DNA from: Alphaproteobacteria bacterium
GTDB lineage: Bacteria > Pseudomonadota > Alphaproteobacteria > UBA828
Direction of reading: 5' to 3'
NCBI GenBank assembly: GCA_965214705.1
Contig: OZ243972.1
Location: forward strand, 1,120,001-1,184,000
Length of the DNA: 64,000 nt
Part shown: piece by piece, positions 19,603-29,510 of the stretch
Numbering within the stretch: position 1 is the stretch's first letter
Layout of the letters: each line of letters begins with the position of its first letter
Notes under the pieces: generated by a model
What the model saw: only the letters and a program-made list of their open reading frames with translations
Told to the model about the DNA's origin: nothing
Databases searched by the model: none
Made by a program: the position numbers and the translations under genes

Positions 19603-20808
19603 ATGGACAAGACCAACTCGAAATCGAATTCTGTGCCACACCAGAAGCGCCGCGTGTCGCGGCGAAACGTGCTCAAGGGCGCCGCGGCGTTGACGGCCGC
19701 CGGATTCACCTGGAAGAGCATCGGTCCTTTCGTGCGTGACGCGGAGGCGGCGACGCTGGAGCTGCGCTGGCTCGGCTGGGAGCACTACAACGTCAAGAGC
19801 CTGACCGCCGAGTTCGAGAACCGGCACGACGTCAAGATCAGCGCCGGGTTTTTCGACGGCAATTCCGAAGCCTGGAACAAGCTGCGCGCCGGCGGCACCC
19901 AGGATTTCGACCTGGTGATGGCGGACGGCTTCTGGCCGCGCCTCTATGCCAAGCAGGGTCTGGTACAGGCGGTCGACTATTCGAAGCTGGACCTGAGCAA
20001 CGTCTTCGACGACTTCGTGCCGCCAAAGTTCACGTTGCTGCGTGCCGAGGACAGCGAGGACATGATCGCCGCACCGAACTGCTGGGGCGGATATGGCTTC
20101 ACCGTCAACACCGACAAGGTTGCGGCCGAGGATCAGGAATCGGTGAACCTCCTGTTCAACGAGAAGTACGAGGGGCATCTCTCGACCAGCGCGCGCTTCG
20201 AGGAGAACATCGCGCTGGCCGGCATCCTCGCCGCGCACAACATGGGCACGCAGGACAGCCCGCGGCCTGATGGCAAGAGCTTCAATCCTTACGTGCTATC
20301 GGATGAGGAACTCGAAGAGTGCAAGCGCCTCCTGATCAAGCAGAAGGGGCTGCTGGTCAATCGCTGGAACGACGAGGACACGCTGGAGCGGCTACTGCGC
20401 GCCCAGGTGGTGTGGGCATCGCCCGAGTGGTCCGGCATCTACCGGCGTATTCACTTCGACAAGCTGGACGGCAATTCGGATCTCAACATGCGTCACGTCC
20501 TCAAGCCTACGGAAGGTGGGCTCGGCTGGGTGGACCAGTGGTCCATCACATCGGGCGTGACCGACAGCGAGAAGCTGGAGATCGCGCACAAGTGGATCGA
20601 CTTCCGGCTCGAGCGCGAGGCCATGAAGACGGTGGCGGTCGAAATCGGCTGGGCGCCCACGGTCGACGTTCGCGACATGCTGCCGGAGCGCTACGTTGAC
20701 ACCCTGTTCCTGAATGAGACCGAGTCAATCCACGGGCTCTATCAGTTCGATGCGCCCTCCTCGCCTGAGAAGTGGGAGCGCATCTGGTCGGCAGTGGAAG
20801 CGGCCTAA
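19603..20808 (+). CDS. PotD/PotF-like ABC substrate-binding protein with Tat signal
   Basis: SRRNVLKG twin-arginine signal; KLRAGG..FDLV and PTEGGLGWVD. Confidence 0.8.
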   Translation: MDKTNSKSNSVPHQKRRVSRRNVLKGAAALTAAGFTWKSIGPFVRDAEAATLELRWLGWEHYNVKSLTAEFENRHDVKISAGFFDGNSEAWNKLRAGGTQDFDLVMADGFWPRLYAKQGLVQAVDYSKLDLSNVFDDFVPPKFTLLRAEDSEDMIAAPNCWGGYGFTVNTDKVAAEDQESVNLLFNEKYEGHLSTSARFEENIALAGILAAHNMGTQDSPRPDGKSFNPYVLSDEELEECKRLLIKQKGLLVNRWNDEDTLERLLRAQVVWASPEWSGIYRRIHFDKLDGNSDLNMRHVLKPTEGGLGWVDQWSITSGVTDSEKLEIAHKWIDFRLEREAMKTVAVEIGWAPTVDVRDMLPERYVDTLFLNETESIHGLYQFDAPSSPEKWERIWSAVEAA

Positions 20809-20852
20809 GCCGGAAAAGAATTGAGTGGAACGAACTCACCACAACACGGTGC

Positions 20853-20884
20853 AGAGGGATCGGACCCAACGGTCCGGTCCCTCT
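20853..20884 (+). terminator. Stem-loop after the SBP gene
   Basis: agagggatcggacc-caac-ggtccggtccctct. Confidence 0.55.
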
Positions 20885-20970
20885 CTTGCTATGGTGGCAC
20901 GTCTTGCCGGATCGCGGCCTAGGGACGCGCGGCGCATAGCAGCGCTGACGATAGCGGGAGTCTGGGCGGG

Positions 20971-22065
20971 ATGAGCGACCAGGCAATCTTGCGCATCGAG
21001 GCGGTCGAGAAGTGCTTTGGCGCGGTTCGCGCGGTCGACGGCGTGAGCCTCGAGGTCGGCCGCCGCGAGTTTTTTGCGCTGCTGGGGCCCAGCGGTTCGG
21101 GCAAGACCACGCTGTTGCGCATCGTTTCCGGCCTGGAGGCGCCCGATCGCGGTCGGGTGGAGATCGGCGGCACGGACGTGACCAGGCTGCCGCCCTATCT
21201 GCGCCGCATCGGCATGGTGTTCCAGGACTTCCTTCTGTTCCCGCACCGCACGGTGGCGGAGAACATCACGTTTCCGCTCAAGATGCAGGGCCGGAACGCG
21301 GCCGAGCGAGAGGAACAGCTCGACTGGATACTCGGGTTTGTCCGCATGGAAGGGCTGGGGGACCGCTTCCCCCATCAACTCTCGGGCGGGCAGAAGCAAC
21401 GCGTCGCGCTCGCGCGCGGGCTGGTCTCGCGGCCCGAGCTTCTGCTGCTCGACGAGCCGTTGGCCAACCTCGATCGCGAGCTGCGCAAGGAGATGGAAAT
21501 CGAGGTGCGTCGCTACCAGGAGGAGCTCGGCATCCCCTTCGTCTACGTGACGCACAACCAGGAAGAGGCGCTCACCATGAGCGACCGCATGGCGGTGATG
21601 CATCAGGGCGTGCTGGAGCAGATCGGACCCAAGCTGGAGGTCTACAACGCGCCGGCTACGCGGTTCGTCGCCTCCTTCGTCGGTGCGCCGAACAAGCTCT
21701 CCGGGCGCGTGATCGAGGGCGAAGGCGCGCGCCTCTGCATCGACTGGGACGGCATCACGCTGATCGGACGTTCCGTCGGCGACGCCCGGCCGGGCGATGC
21801 GGTGGAGATTTATCTCAAGAGTGAACGGATCGCGCTCAGCGCTTCGGCAGATGGCATCCATCACGAGAACCGGATCGAAGGGACGGTGCGCGACATCATC
21901 TTCAAGGGCCAGTTCGCTGACTACATCGTGCGCGCCGGTAACGAGGCGGAGCTGGTCGTGAGCGGGCCGCCCAGCATCGCCGGCGTCGACCGTGGCTCCC
22001 CCGTGAGCCTGGGCTGGGCGGTCGAGGCGGCCGACGTGTTCTTGGCCGGGGACGGCGCGCCGTGA
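20971..22065 (+). CDS. PotA-like ABC ATPase
   Basis: [25 protein letters not shown] and a TOBE-like C-terminus. Confidence 0.9.
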   Translation: MSDQAILRIEAVEKCFGAVRAVDGVSLEVGRREFFALLGPSGSGKTTLLRIVSGLEAPDRGRVEIGGTDVTRLPPYLRRIGMVFQDFLLFPHRTVAENITFPLKMQGRNAAEREEQLDWILGFVRMEGLGDRFPHQLSGGQKQRVALARGLVSRPELLLLDEPLANLDRELRKEMEIEVRRYQEELGIPFVYVTHNQEEALTMSDRMAVMHQGVLEQIGPKLEVYNAPATRFVASFVGAPNKLSGRVIEGEGARLCIDWDGITLIGRSVGDARPGDAVEIYLKSERIALSASADGIHHENRIEGTVRDIIFKGQFADYIVRAGNEAELVVSGPPSIAGVDRGSPVSLGWAVEAADVFLAGDGAP

Positions 22066-22943
22066 AGGGGCGTCGAGCGCTCCTGCTCGATCCGCGCGTC
22101 CGCTTTGCGACGCTGGTAGGGCCGGGCGCGCTCTTCATCGTCCTCTTCCTGCTGATACCGCTGCTCTCGATCGTGGTCTTCAGCTTCTGGCGGACCGAGA
22201 GCTACGAGCTGATTTCCGACTGGAACGTGAACAACTACGAGGCGGTCCTGGGCGAATGGATCTACCTCAAGTTCCTGCTGAAATCACTCGCCATGGCCGC
22301 CGCGGTCTCCGCCATCTGCCTCGTTTATGCCTGGCCCTGTGCGTACCTGATTGCCAAGCACGGCGGCCGCTACAAGCTGGTCCTCGTGCTCCTCACAGCA
22401 GCCCCGTTCCTGACGGGAATCCTGCTACGAATTACCGCGATGCAGCAGATCTTGGGGCCAATCGGGCTGGTCAACATGGCGCTGATGGAGCTGGGTGCGC
22501 AGCCGATCCAGGTGCTGATGTACACCAACATCGCCAGCGCAGTGGGTCTGATTTATCTCTGGATCCCCTTCATGCTGCTGGCGATCTACCTCTCCCTCTT
22601 CAACTTCAACTTCGAACTGCTGGAAGTGGCGAAGGTGAACGGCGCAAGACCGTGGCGGGCGTTCTTCGAGGTGACGTGGCCGCTCAACTGGATGGGAACT
22701 GCGATCGGGATCGTGCTGGTCTTCATTCCCACCTTCGCCGCGTCCGTGACGCCGCGCTTCCTGGGCGGGCCCGACGGCTCGATGTTCGTCAACCGTCTCG
22801 AACATCAATTCGGATCCGCCGGCACGTGGGCATTGGGCTCAGCCATGGGGGTGGTGATGTGCGTGGCCTCGCTCGCCGTCATCTTCGTGCTGTGGCGTAC
22901 GGTCCGGCTGCGCCGGGCGGGATTCACGGGCGCAGGGGCCTGA
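22062..22943 (+). CDS. PotB-like ABC permease
   Basis: TM helices and EAA-like loop (LLEVAKVNGA). Confidence 0.85.
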   Translation: MKGRRALLLDPRVRFATLVGPGALFIVLFLLIPLLSIVVFSFWRTESYELISDWNVNNYEAVLGEWIYLKFLLKSLAMAAAVSAICLVYAWPCAYLIAKHGGRYKLVLVLLTAAPFLTGILLRITAMQQILGPIGLVNMALMELGAQPIQVLMYTNIASAVGLIYLWIPFMLLAIYLSLFNFNFELLEVAKVNGARPWRAFFEVTWPLNWMGTAIGIVLVFIPTFAASVTPRFLGGPDGSMFVNRLEHQFGSAGTWALGSAMGVVMCVASLAVIFVLWRTVRLRRAGFTGAGA

Positions 22944-22944
22944 C

Positions 22945-23763
22945 ATGGCCGCGGTGAATCCAGGCGCGCGCTTCGTGATCGGCGGCCAGACCGCGATGCT
23001 GCTGGCGCTCTACCTGTTCCTCTACTTCCCCATCTTCTACATCGGCTACCTCTCGATCATGGAGAATAACGTGTGGCCGTTCCCGCCGGTCTTCACCGGG
23101 GAGTGGTACGACCGCCTCATGATCATGAGCGACTTTCACGTGGGGCTTTTAAACAGCGTGCTCATCGGTGTCGGCACGGCCTCGCTTTCCACGCTGTTCG
23201 CCACGGCCGCCGCGATCGGAATCCTGCGCTATCCGATCCGGCGCCGGGGGGTGATCGTCGTCCTGTTTCTTGCGCCGCTCTTCGTCGCCCAGATCCTGAT
23301 CGGGATCTCGACCCTGATGTTCAATCGCAACGTGCTCGGGATTCCAGGCAACATCGAATCGGCGATTGTGGCCAACACGGCCTACAGCGTGTCGTTCGCG
23401 TTCCTCGTAATCCTGGCGCAGCTCGTGCGCTACGACTGGCGCTTCGACGAGGTCGCCCAGGTGTTCGGCGCGCGGCCGTTTCGCACCTTTCGGGAAGTCA
23501 CGTTCCCCAACATCTGGCCGGCCGTGCTCGGCGCCTTCATCATCAGCTTCATTCTGGGCTTCAACAACTTCGAGATCACGTTCTACAACGTGGCTGCGAT
23601 CCCGACGCTCCCCACCATCGCCTGGGGAACGCTGCGCCACGGAATCGAGCCGGAGCTTTATGCGCTGGCCACCATCGTGAACGCGCTGGTCTTCTTGCTC
23701 CTTTTCATCATCTATCTGCTGATCCGCGTCGGCGCGCTCCGTCTCGGCGTGCCCGACGACTGA
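22945..23763 (+). CDS. PotC-like ABC permease
   Basis: TM helices; DEVAQVFGA...FREVTFP. Confidence 0.85.
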   Translation: MAAVNPGARFVIGGQTAMLLALYLFLYFPIFYIGYLSIMENNVWPFPPVFTGEWYDRLMIMSDFHVGLLNSVLIGVGTASLSTLFATAAAIGILRYPIRRRGVIVVLFLAPLFVAQILIGISTLMFNRNVLGIPGNIESAIVANTAYSVSFAFLVILAQLVRYDWRFDEVAQVFGARPFRTFREVTFPNIWPAVLGAFIISFILGFNNFEITFYNVAAIPTLPTIAWGTLRHGIEPELYALATIVNALVFLLLFIIYLLIRVGALRLGVPDD

Positions 23764-23777
23764 ACCTTGTTGCTGGC

Positions 23778-24896
23778 TTACGCCGGCAAGCGATAGTCGC
23801 GGATGACGTCCGGGTCGGGCTCGGCACCGAGGCCGGGACCGGTGGGGATGCGGAAGTGGCCATTCTCGTCCGGTGAAACGAACTCCGGATAGAGCGTCGC
23901 CTCAAGCCGCGTATAGAAGCGCTCGGCCCAGCCCCCGCCGGGGCGCCCGGTGAGCGGCATCGCCCCGAAAAGCTGCAGGGTCGCGAGCCAGCCGGGGCCG
24001 AAGTAGGGCGAGTGCGGCATTACCGTCACGCTGTAACCCTCGGCCAGCGCGAGCACCTTGAGGAACTCGGTGATGCCGCCCACTTTGGTCACGCTGGGCT
24101 GCACGTAGCGCACCGCGCCGGCATCCAGCATCCGGCGAAACTCGAATGCGGTGCAGGCATTCTCCCCGCAGGCGAGATCGATGCCCGACTCCTGCTGCAG
24201 CCGCGCCAGCGCCCCAAAGTCCTCCGGTGGGAAGATGGGCTCCTCCAACCAGTAGAGGTCGTAGGGTTTGAACCGTTCCGCCATCGCGCGCGCCTCGGCC
24301 GGCGTCCACGGGCAGTTCGTGTCCGTGCAGAGCGGCATGTCGGCGCCCATTGCTTCGCGCGCCGCCGCGATCTCAGGCTCGCCCGTCTCGTGGAGCTTGA
24401 TGGCGGGGTAGCCCTCGTCGAGGGCGGCGCGTACGGTCGCAGCGACCAGTTCCCGGTCCCGGTACTTGAGCAGGCTCGCGTAGCCGGGGACCAGCGGCGG
24501 TGTGGCGGGCCCGCCGAGGAGTTGTGCCAGCGGCAGCCCCGCCCTCTTGCCCGCGAGGTCCCAGAGCGCGATGTCGATGGCGGAGATGCCGAACATGGTG
24601 ATGCCGTAGCGGCCAAAGAGATGCAGCGCCTGCTGCAGCTCTCGGTTGAGCGAGGCGATGCCCGTAGCGTCTCGCCCGATCAGGATCGGCGCCACCGTCG
24701 AGTCGATAACCGCCTGGAGCGCCGACATGCAGTTGTAGCTGAAGCCTTCGCCCCAGCCGGTGGCACCGTCCTCGGTCTCGACCCGCACCAGGAGGATGCT
24801 GAGCCCTTGCCACGCCTGCCCACCCCAGGCCGGCGGCGGGCCGCCGTGATCGTGGGGGATGGCGAGGGGGATGGTTTCGATGCGGGTAATCTTCAT
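23778..24896 (-). CDS. Mandelate racemase/muconate lactonizing enzyme family protein
   Basis: SAIDIALWDLAGK, WLEEP, GEN and PTGPGLG. Confidence 0.88.
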   Translation of the reverse strand: MKITRIETIPLAIPHDHGGPPPAWGGQAWQGLSILLVRVETEDGATGWGEGFSYNCMSALQAVIDSTVAPILIGRDATGIASLNRELQQALHLFGRYGITMFGISAIDIALWDLAGKRAGLPLAQLLGGPATPPLVPGYASLLKYRDRELVAATVRAALDEGYPAIKLHETGEPEIAAAREAMGADMPLCTDTNCPWTPAEARAMAERFKPYDLYWLEEPIFPPEDFGALARLQQESGIDLACGENACTAFEFRRMLDAGAVRYVQPSVTKVGGITEFLKVLALAEGYSVTVMPHSPYFGPGWLATLQLFGAMPLTGRPGGGWAERFYTRLEATLYPEFVSPDENGHFRIPTGPGLGAEPDPDVIRDYRLPA

Positions 24897-24929
24897 GGGT
24901 GTATCCCGAATGCGCGCTGTCGCGGTTGG

Positions 24930-25655
24930 TCAGGGCAAGTCGCCGATCAAGTCGCGGATGTGGCCCGGCGGCGGTGGCGGCAGCGCGACGCCGAAGCGGC
25001 GCTTCAGCGCGTCGGCAATGAGCTCGAAGCAGGCGCCGTAGCGCACGACCTCAAAAGTCTCCAAGTCGAGCAGAGTCGATGAGGCCCGATACAGGTGATA
25101 GAGGCGAAGCCCATGGTCGATGACGATGTCGGCGATCGCGATCAACTCGGGCTCGATGTCCTCGACCCGGAACTTCGTGCCGGAGAGCGAGAGGTTCGCC
25201 GACGAGCCGAACAGCGGATGCTGCGCCCCGCGACTGAGCCGCGTGATCGCCGCGTGGAAGGGGCCCGCGTTGAGCAGCATCAGCACGGTGCCGGCGCTGG
25301 TGGAGGCGGCGAGCGCGTCCGGCTCCATCTTGCGCAGGATGGGGTGATCCATGCGCGCTGGCGCAATGGCGCCGAGCGGCAGGTCAAGGTCTTCGATCAG
25401 GGTGCTGGCGACGTCCCACCCCTTCTGATCGAGCACGTGAAGCTCGCGGTGCAGGGCCATGTCGCCGAGCATCGCGTTCAGCTTCGACGGCGCGCGCCGC
25501 TTGGTCTCGAAGATCGTCTTCAGCGCCGCGGCCGACCCGCCGATGGCGGAATAGCCGACGCTCATGGGCAGAATGGCGATCCCACCCTGCTCCAGAACGG
25601 CGAAGGCCCGCTCGGCGTCGTGCTGAACGTCGGGTCTTCCCTCCACAGCCGGCAT
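24930..25655 (-). CDS. YrdC/Sua5-fold protein of unknown function
   Basis: GGIAILPMSVGY, IFETKRRAPSK, GSSANLS and SSTLLD resemble YrdC motifs. Confidence 0.65.
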   Translation of the reverse strand: MPAVEGRPDVQHDAERAFAVLEQGGIAILPMSVGYSAIGGSAAALKTIFETKRRAPSKLNAMLGDMALHRELHVLDQKGWDVASTLIEDLDLPLGAIAPARMDHPILRKMEPDALAASTSAGTVLMLLNAGPFHAAITRLSRGAQHPLFGSSANLSLSGTKFRVEDIEPELIAIADIVIDHGLRLYHLYRASSTLLDLETFEVVRYGACFELIADALKRRFGVALPPPPPGHIRDLIGDLP

Positions 25656-25676
25656 TGGCTCGCGCGTCGCGCGTGT

Positions 25677-26078
25677 TCAGCTCCCGTGCGTGCCCAACTC
25701 GATCAGCTCGACCTTGTAGCCGTCCGGGTCCTCCACGAAGGCGATCACCGTGGTCCCGCCTTTCACCGGCCCCGCCTCGCGCGTGATGTTGCCGCCCGCT
25801 TCCCGGATCCGCTCGCAGGTTTCGGCGACATTGTCCACGCCGAGCGCGATGTGCCCGTAGGCGGAGCCGAGGTCGTAGTCCGACACGCCGTGGTTGTAGG
25901 TCAGCTCCAGCTCGGCCTCGCCGTTCTTGTTGCCGCCGTTGAAGGCGACGAAGGCAAGCGAATACCCCTGGTCGGGCCGCTCGGTGGTGCGCAGCAGGTC
26001 CATGCCGACGACCTTGGTGTAGAAATCGACGGAGCGCTGCATATCGCCCACGCGGAGCATGGTGTGAAGAAGCTGCAT
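25677..26078 (-). CDS. gloA: Lactoylglutathione lyase (glyoxalase I)
   Basis: [24 protein letters not shown] and [15 protein letters not shown]. Confidence 0.93.
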   Translation of the reverse strand: MQLLHTMLRVGDMQRSVDFYTKVVGMDLLRTTERPDQGYSLAFVAFNGGNKNGEAELELTYNHGVSDYDLGSAYGHIALGVDNVAETCERIREAGGNITREAGPVKGGTTVIAFVEDPDGYKVELIELGTHGS

Positions 26079-26178
26079 GGTCATTCTCCCTGGATGGCGG
26101 CGCGGCAGAGTATGCGATCGGGCGTGCGGACCGCCAGCCCGTTTCGTCTCGCCAGGCTGTCTCGCTCCCGTGATGTCC

Positions 26179-26997
26179 TCAGTTTGCGTGCAGGACGGCG
26201 TTCAAGAACTGCTGCGTCCGTTCCCGCTCGGGGTTCTCGAACAACTTGGTCGGCGTTCCCTGCTCTTCAATAGCCCCGTCGAAGAAGAAGCAGACGCGGT
26301 CTGAGATTTCCTTGGCGAAACCCATCTGGTGGGTGACCATCAGCATGGTGAGGTTGTGGGTGTCCACCAGGTGCTTGATCACGCTGGTCACCTCGCTGAT
26401 GACCTCGGGGTCCAGCGCCGACGTCACCTCGTCGAAGAGCATGACCTTGGGTCGCATCGCGAGCGCCCGGGCAATGGCGACCCGCTGTTGCTGCCCGCCG
26501 GAGAGGCGAGAGGGATGCTGATCGCGCTTCTCGATCATCCCGACCATGTCGAGCAGCTCGAGCGAGCGCTCCTCCGCCTCCTTGCGAGACAAACCCAAGA
26601 CCTGTACGGGCCCCTCCATGCAATTGCCGAGCGCCGTCATGTGCGGGAACAGGTTGAAGTGCTGGAAGCACATGCCGATCTTGCTGCGGATACGGCGGAG
26701 GTGCGCCGAACTTGCCGGTACGAGCCGTCCGTTGCGTTCCATGTGGGTCAGCGGCTCCCCCTCGACGTAGATGACGCCGTCGTCGATGGTCTCGAGAGTC
26801 ATCAACATGCGCAGAACTGTCGTCTTGCCGGAGCCCGAGGGGCCGATGATCGTGACCATTTCGCCGGCGGAAACGTCGATGTCGAGCTGGTTCAGGACGA
26901 CGAGTGAGCCGTATCTCTTGGTCACGTTCTGAAACCTGACCATCGGGATGCCGTCGCCTTCCAGGCTCAACGGGTAGCTCTCCATGCTCACGCTCAT
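26179..26997 (-). CDS. ehuA: Ectoine/hydroxyectoine-type ABC ATPase
   Basis: [26 protein letters not shown] and [11 protein letters not shown]. Confidence 0.85.
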   Translation of the reverse strand: MSVSMESYPLSLEGDGIPMVRFQNVTKRYGSLVVLNQLDIDVSAGEMVTIIGPSGSGKTTVLRMLMTLETIDDGVIYVEGEPLTHMERNGRLVPASSAHLRRIRSKIGMCFQHFNLFPHMTALGNCMEGPVQVLGLSRKEAEERSLELLDMVGMIEKRDQHPSRLSGGQQQRVAIARALAMRPKVMLFDEVTSALDPEVISEVTSVIKHLVDTHNLTMLMVTHQMGFAKEISDRVCFFFDGAIEEQGTPTKLFENPERERTQQFLNAVLHAN

Positions 26998-27662
26998 TTC
27001 GTCATTCCCAGCGTCCGCCGCACCCATCTTTCGAACACGTTGATCGCGAAGGCGGACGGCAACGAGACTGCGAGGAAGATCGCGCCGACCATGGTGTAAG
27101 GCTCCAAGTACCTGTCGCTCTCGGCACCGACGGCCGTGGCCGTGTGCATCAGCTCGGCCACGCCGATCACCGACAGCATCGGCGTGTCTTTGAAAATGCC
27201 CACCAGATAGTTCCCCATCCCAGCCACCGCCGGCGGCAACGCCTGCGGGATGACGATGCGCCGATACGTGGTGACGATCGGCAGGTTGATCGCCTTCGCG
27301 GCTTCCCACTGGCCTTTGGGCACGCTCTCGATGCCACCGCGGTAGACCTCGGACAGATAGGCGCCGTAGTGCACCCCGATGGCGATCAGCCCCGCGGTCC
27401 AGGGCGAGAGCGTGAGCCCGAACTGCGGGCCGACGTAGTAGACGAAGAAGATCTGCAGGAGCAGCGGCGTCGAGCGAATGAGCTCGACGAATTCCCGGAC
27501 GACCAGGGTCAAGGGGAGAAACGGCGTGCGCTGGGCCAGAACGAAGACCAGCCCCAGAATGATCGCGATCGTGTAGCCGCCGCCGGCGGCGATCAGGGTC
27601 TTCCCCGTCGCGTCGACGAAGCGCGGCGCGAGCTCCCACACCCAATCCCATCGCCACTCCAC
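26994..27662 (-). CDS. ehuD: Ectoine-type ABC permease
   Basis: MEWRWDW N-terminus; RSTPLLLQ and FKDTPMLS. Confidence 0.8.
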   Translation of the reverse strand: MEWRWDWVWELAPRFVDATGKTLIAAGGGYTIAIILGLVFVLAQRTPFLPLTLVVREFVELIRSTPLLLQIFFVYYVGPQFGLTLSPWTAGLIAIGVHYGAYLSEVYRGGIESVPKGQWEAAKAINLPIVTTYRRIVIPQALPPAVAGMGNYLVGIFKDTPMLSVIGVAELMHTATAVGAESDRYLEPYTMVGAIFLAVSLPSAFAINVFERWVRRTLGMTK

Positions 27663-27666
27663 GGCG

Positions 27667-28332
27667 CTAGACCTTTCCGATCCGCCGATTCATCAGACGC
27701 TCCAGCCCCCGCATGCCGGGCGTCACGAAGAAGCGGGCAATCACGTAGTAGATGACGATGGCAGTGCCGAACGCTTCGGCCGAGAGGAAGGTGGTGATGT
27801 TGATCTGACGGACCTCGAACATCAGGTCGGCAACCGCAATCAGCGCCACCAGAGCCGTGCCCTTGAGGATTTCGATGATGAGGTTACCCCAGGGCGGCAG
27901 CATGATGATGAAGGCTTGGGGAAGGATGATTCGCCTCATCCGGTTATGGGGCGCCATGTTCAAGGCCAGTGCGGCCTCCCATTGGCCCTTGGGCACGGCG
28001 AGGACGGCGCCCCGCACAAGCTCAGCACCATAGGCGCCCATATTCAGTCCCACCGCGAGGAAACCGGCCGTGAACTTGTCCAGGGTGATGCCGAAGAGCG
28101 GCAGAACGAAGAAAATCCAGAAAAGCTGCACGAGCAGAGACGTGCCGCGAAAGAACTCGATGTAGGCGACCGCGACGGCGCGCACCACGGGGCTCCGCGC
28201 GAGGCGCATCAGCCCGAAGGCGAGCGCGGCGACGACCGCGACGAATGTGGCCAGGAAGAACTGGTAGATCGTGACGATGGTGCCGTCGATCAGCCGGCCG
28301 CCGTACACGTCCAGGAATTCAATGTATGTCAT
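27667..28332 (-). CDS. ehuC: Ectoine-type ABC permease
   Basis: YIEFFRGTSLLVQLFW and GAYGAELVRGA. Confidence 0.8.
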   Translation of the reverse strand: MTYIEFLDVYGGRLIDGTIVTIYQFFLATFVAVVAALAFGLMRLARSPVVRAVAVAYIEFFRGTSLLVQLFWIFFVLPLFGITLDKFTAGFLAVGLNMGAYGAELVRGAVLAVPKGQWEAALALNMAPHNRMRRIILPQAFIIMLPPWGNLIIEILKGTALVALIAVADLMFEVRQINITTFLSAEAFGTAIVIYYVIARFFVTPGMRGLERLMNRRIGKV

Positions 28333-28373
28333 TGCGACGGGTCTTCGTTGCCCAGCGTCGCGCGGAACGGGAG

Positions 28374-28409
28374 GGGGACCGGCGCGCTTGGACGCGCGCC
28401 GGTTTCCCC
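28374..28409 (-). terminator. Stem-loop between the SBP and permease genes
   Basis: ggggaccggcgcgc...gcgcgccggtttcccc. Confidence 0.5.
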
Positions 28410-28419
28410 GAGTCGGTGG

Positions 28420-29271
28420 CTAGGAGTCGGTTACCGGGCGATTGACGCAGATCCACTCTGTCGCGACATCGCCGGGAACATTCGACCGCGTGTAGTCATA
28501 GGGTGCGACGTTGGCCAGCATCTCGTCGGAGCCGATATAGCCTTCCATCGCCGCGTTGAATGCTTCGCGGAAGCCGTCGTCATCCTGATGGAAGCCGATG
28601 CCGACCCAGTTGAAGGTCCACTGGGGCAGGGCATTGGTGTCGGTCGCATCGATGTCGTCGGCTTCGCGAGCGATCTTGTCCGCCTCCGCCGACGTCATGG
28701 CGCCGGCGTCCGCTCGCCCTGCGCGGACCGCGGCAAGGGCTTCGGTGATACCGGGCACCTGCATGATCTTGTCCTCAGGGATGCCCTCGCTACGCGCCTC
28801 TTCGATATTGATGTAGCCGGTCACCCCGACCATCATGGCGCCGGCATTCTTGATGTCCTGGTAGGTTTGAATCCCCATGGGATTGCCGGCCGGCACGATG
28901 AAGGCGTTTCCGAACTGCCCGATCGGCTCGGAGAAGTCGATGTTCTCGCAGCGGGCCCTGAGGATGTACATGCCGCCGGTGATGATATCGACGCGCTCGG
29001 CGACCAGGCTGGGAATGAGCCCGCTCCAGTCCGTCACCACCGGCTCGACGTTGGTGTGGCCCATCCTCGCCAGCACATCGGTGGTGATGACGTTGACGAA
29101 GCCGAGCGGCGAGCCGTCCTCGCCCGGGTGCGCCCATGGCGGGGCGTTGGCGAAGCCGAGCCGAATGGGTTCGCCTGCGGCGACCCTGTCTTCAAGTGGG
29201 CCGGCTTGAACGGAGCCGACGGCCAGAGCCAGCGCGATGGCGACGGCGCCTGCGGTAAGTTTCCATTTCAT
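28420..29271 (-). CDS. ehuB: Ectoine-type (SBP_bac_3) substrate-binding protein
   Basis: Signal peptide; WSGLIPSL..RVDIITGGMYI...RC and GNPMGI. Confidence 0.75.
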   Translation of the reverse strand: MKWKLTAGAVAIALALAVGSVQAGPLEDRVAAGEPIRLGFANAPPWAHPGEDGSPLGFVNVITTDVLARMGHTNVEPVVTDWSGLIPSLVAERVDIITGGMYILRARCENIDFSEPIGQFGNAFIVPAGNPMGIQTYQDIKNAGAMMVGVTGYINIEEARSEGIPEDKIMQVPGITEALAAVRAGRADAGAMTSAEADKIAREADDIDATDTNALPQWTFNWVGIGFHQDDDGFREAFNAAMEGYIGSDEMLANVAPYDYTRSNVPGDVATEWICVNRPVTDS

Positions 29272-29510
29272 TTGAAGTCTCTCCCTCTGTTTTCTTGCCG
29301 GCCCGAGCTATCCAAGTTTGGATGGCCGGACCTGGCGGCTTATGCCCGCTGCGCGTTTGGCGTCTTTTCGGGGGCAATGGGACGTCTTGCGTCTTTCCTC
29401 CGTCTTGATGGCGAATTCAGAACTTCAAAGGCCGCGTGCGCGGTGTGGCACTGTCAGAAGTTGCGTGTCCTTTAGGCACGGCGAATTCGGGCCTGATCAC
29501 GACCCCGCGC

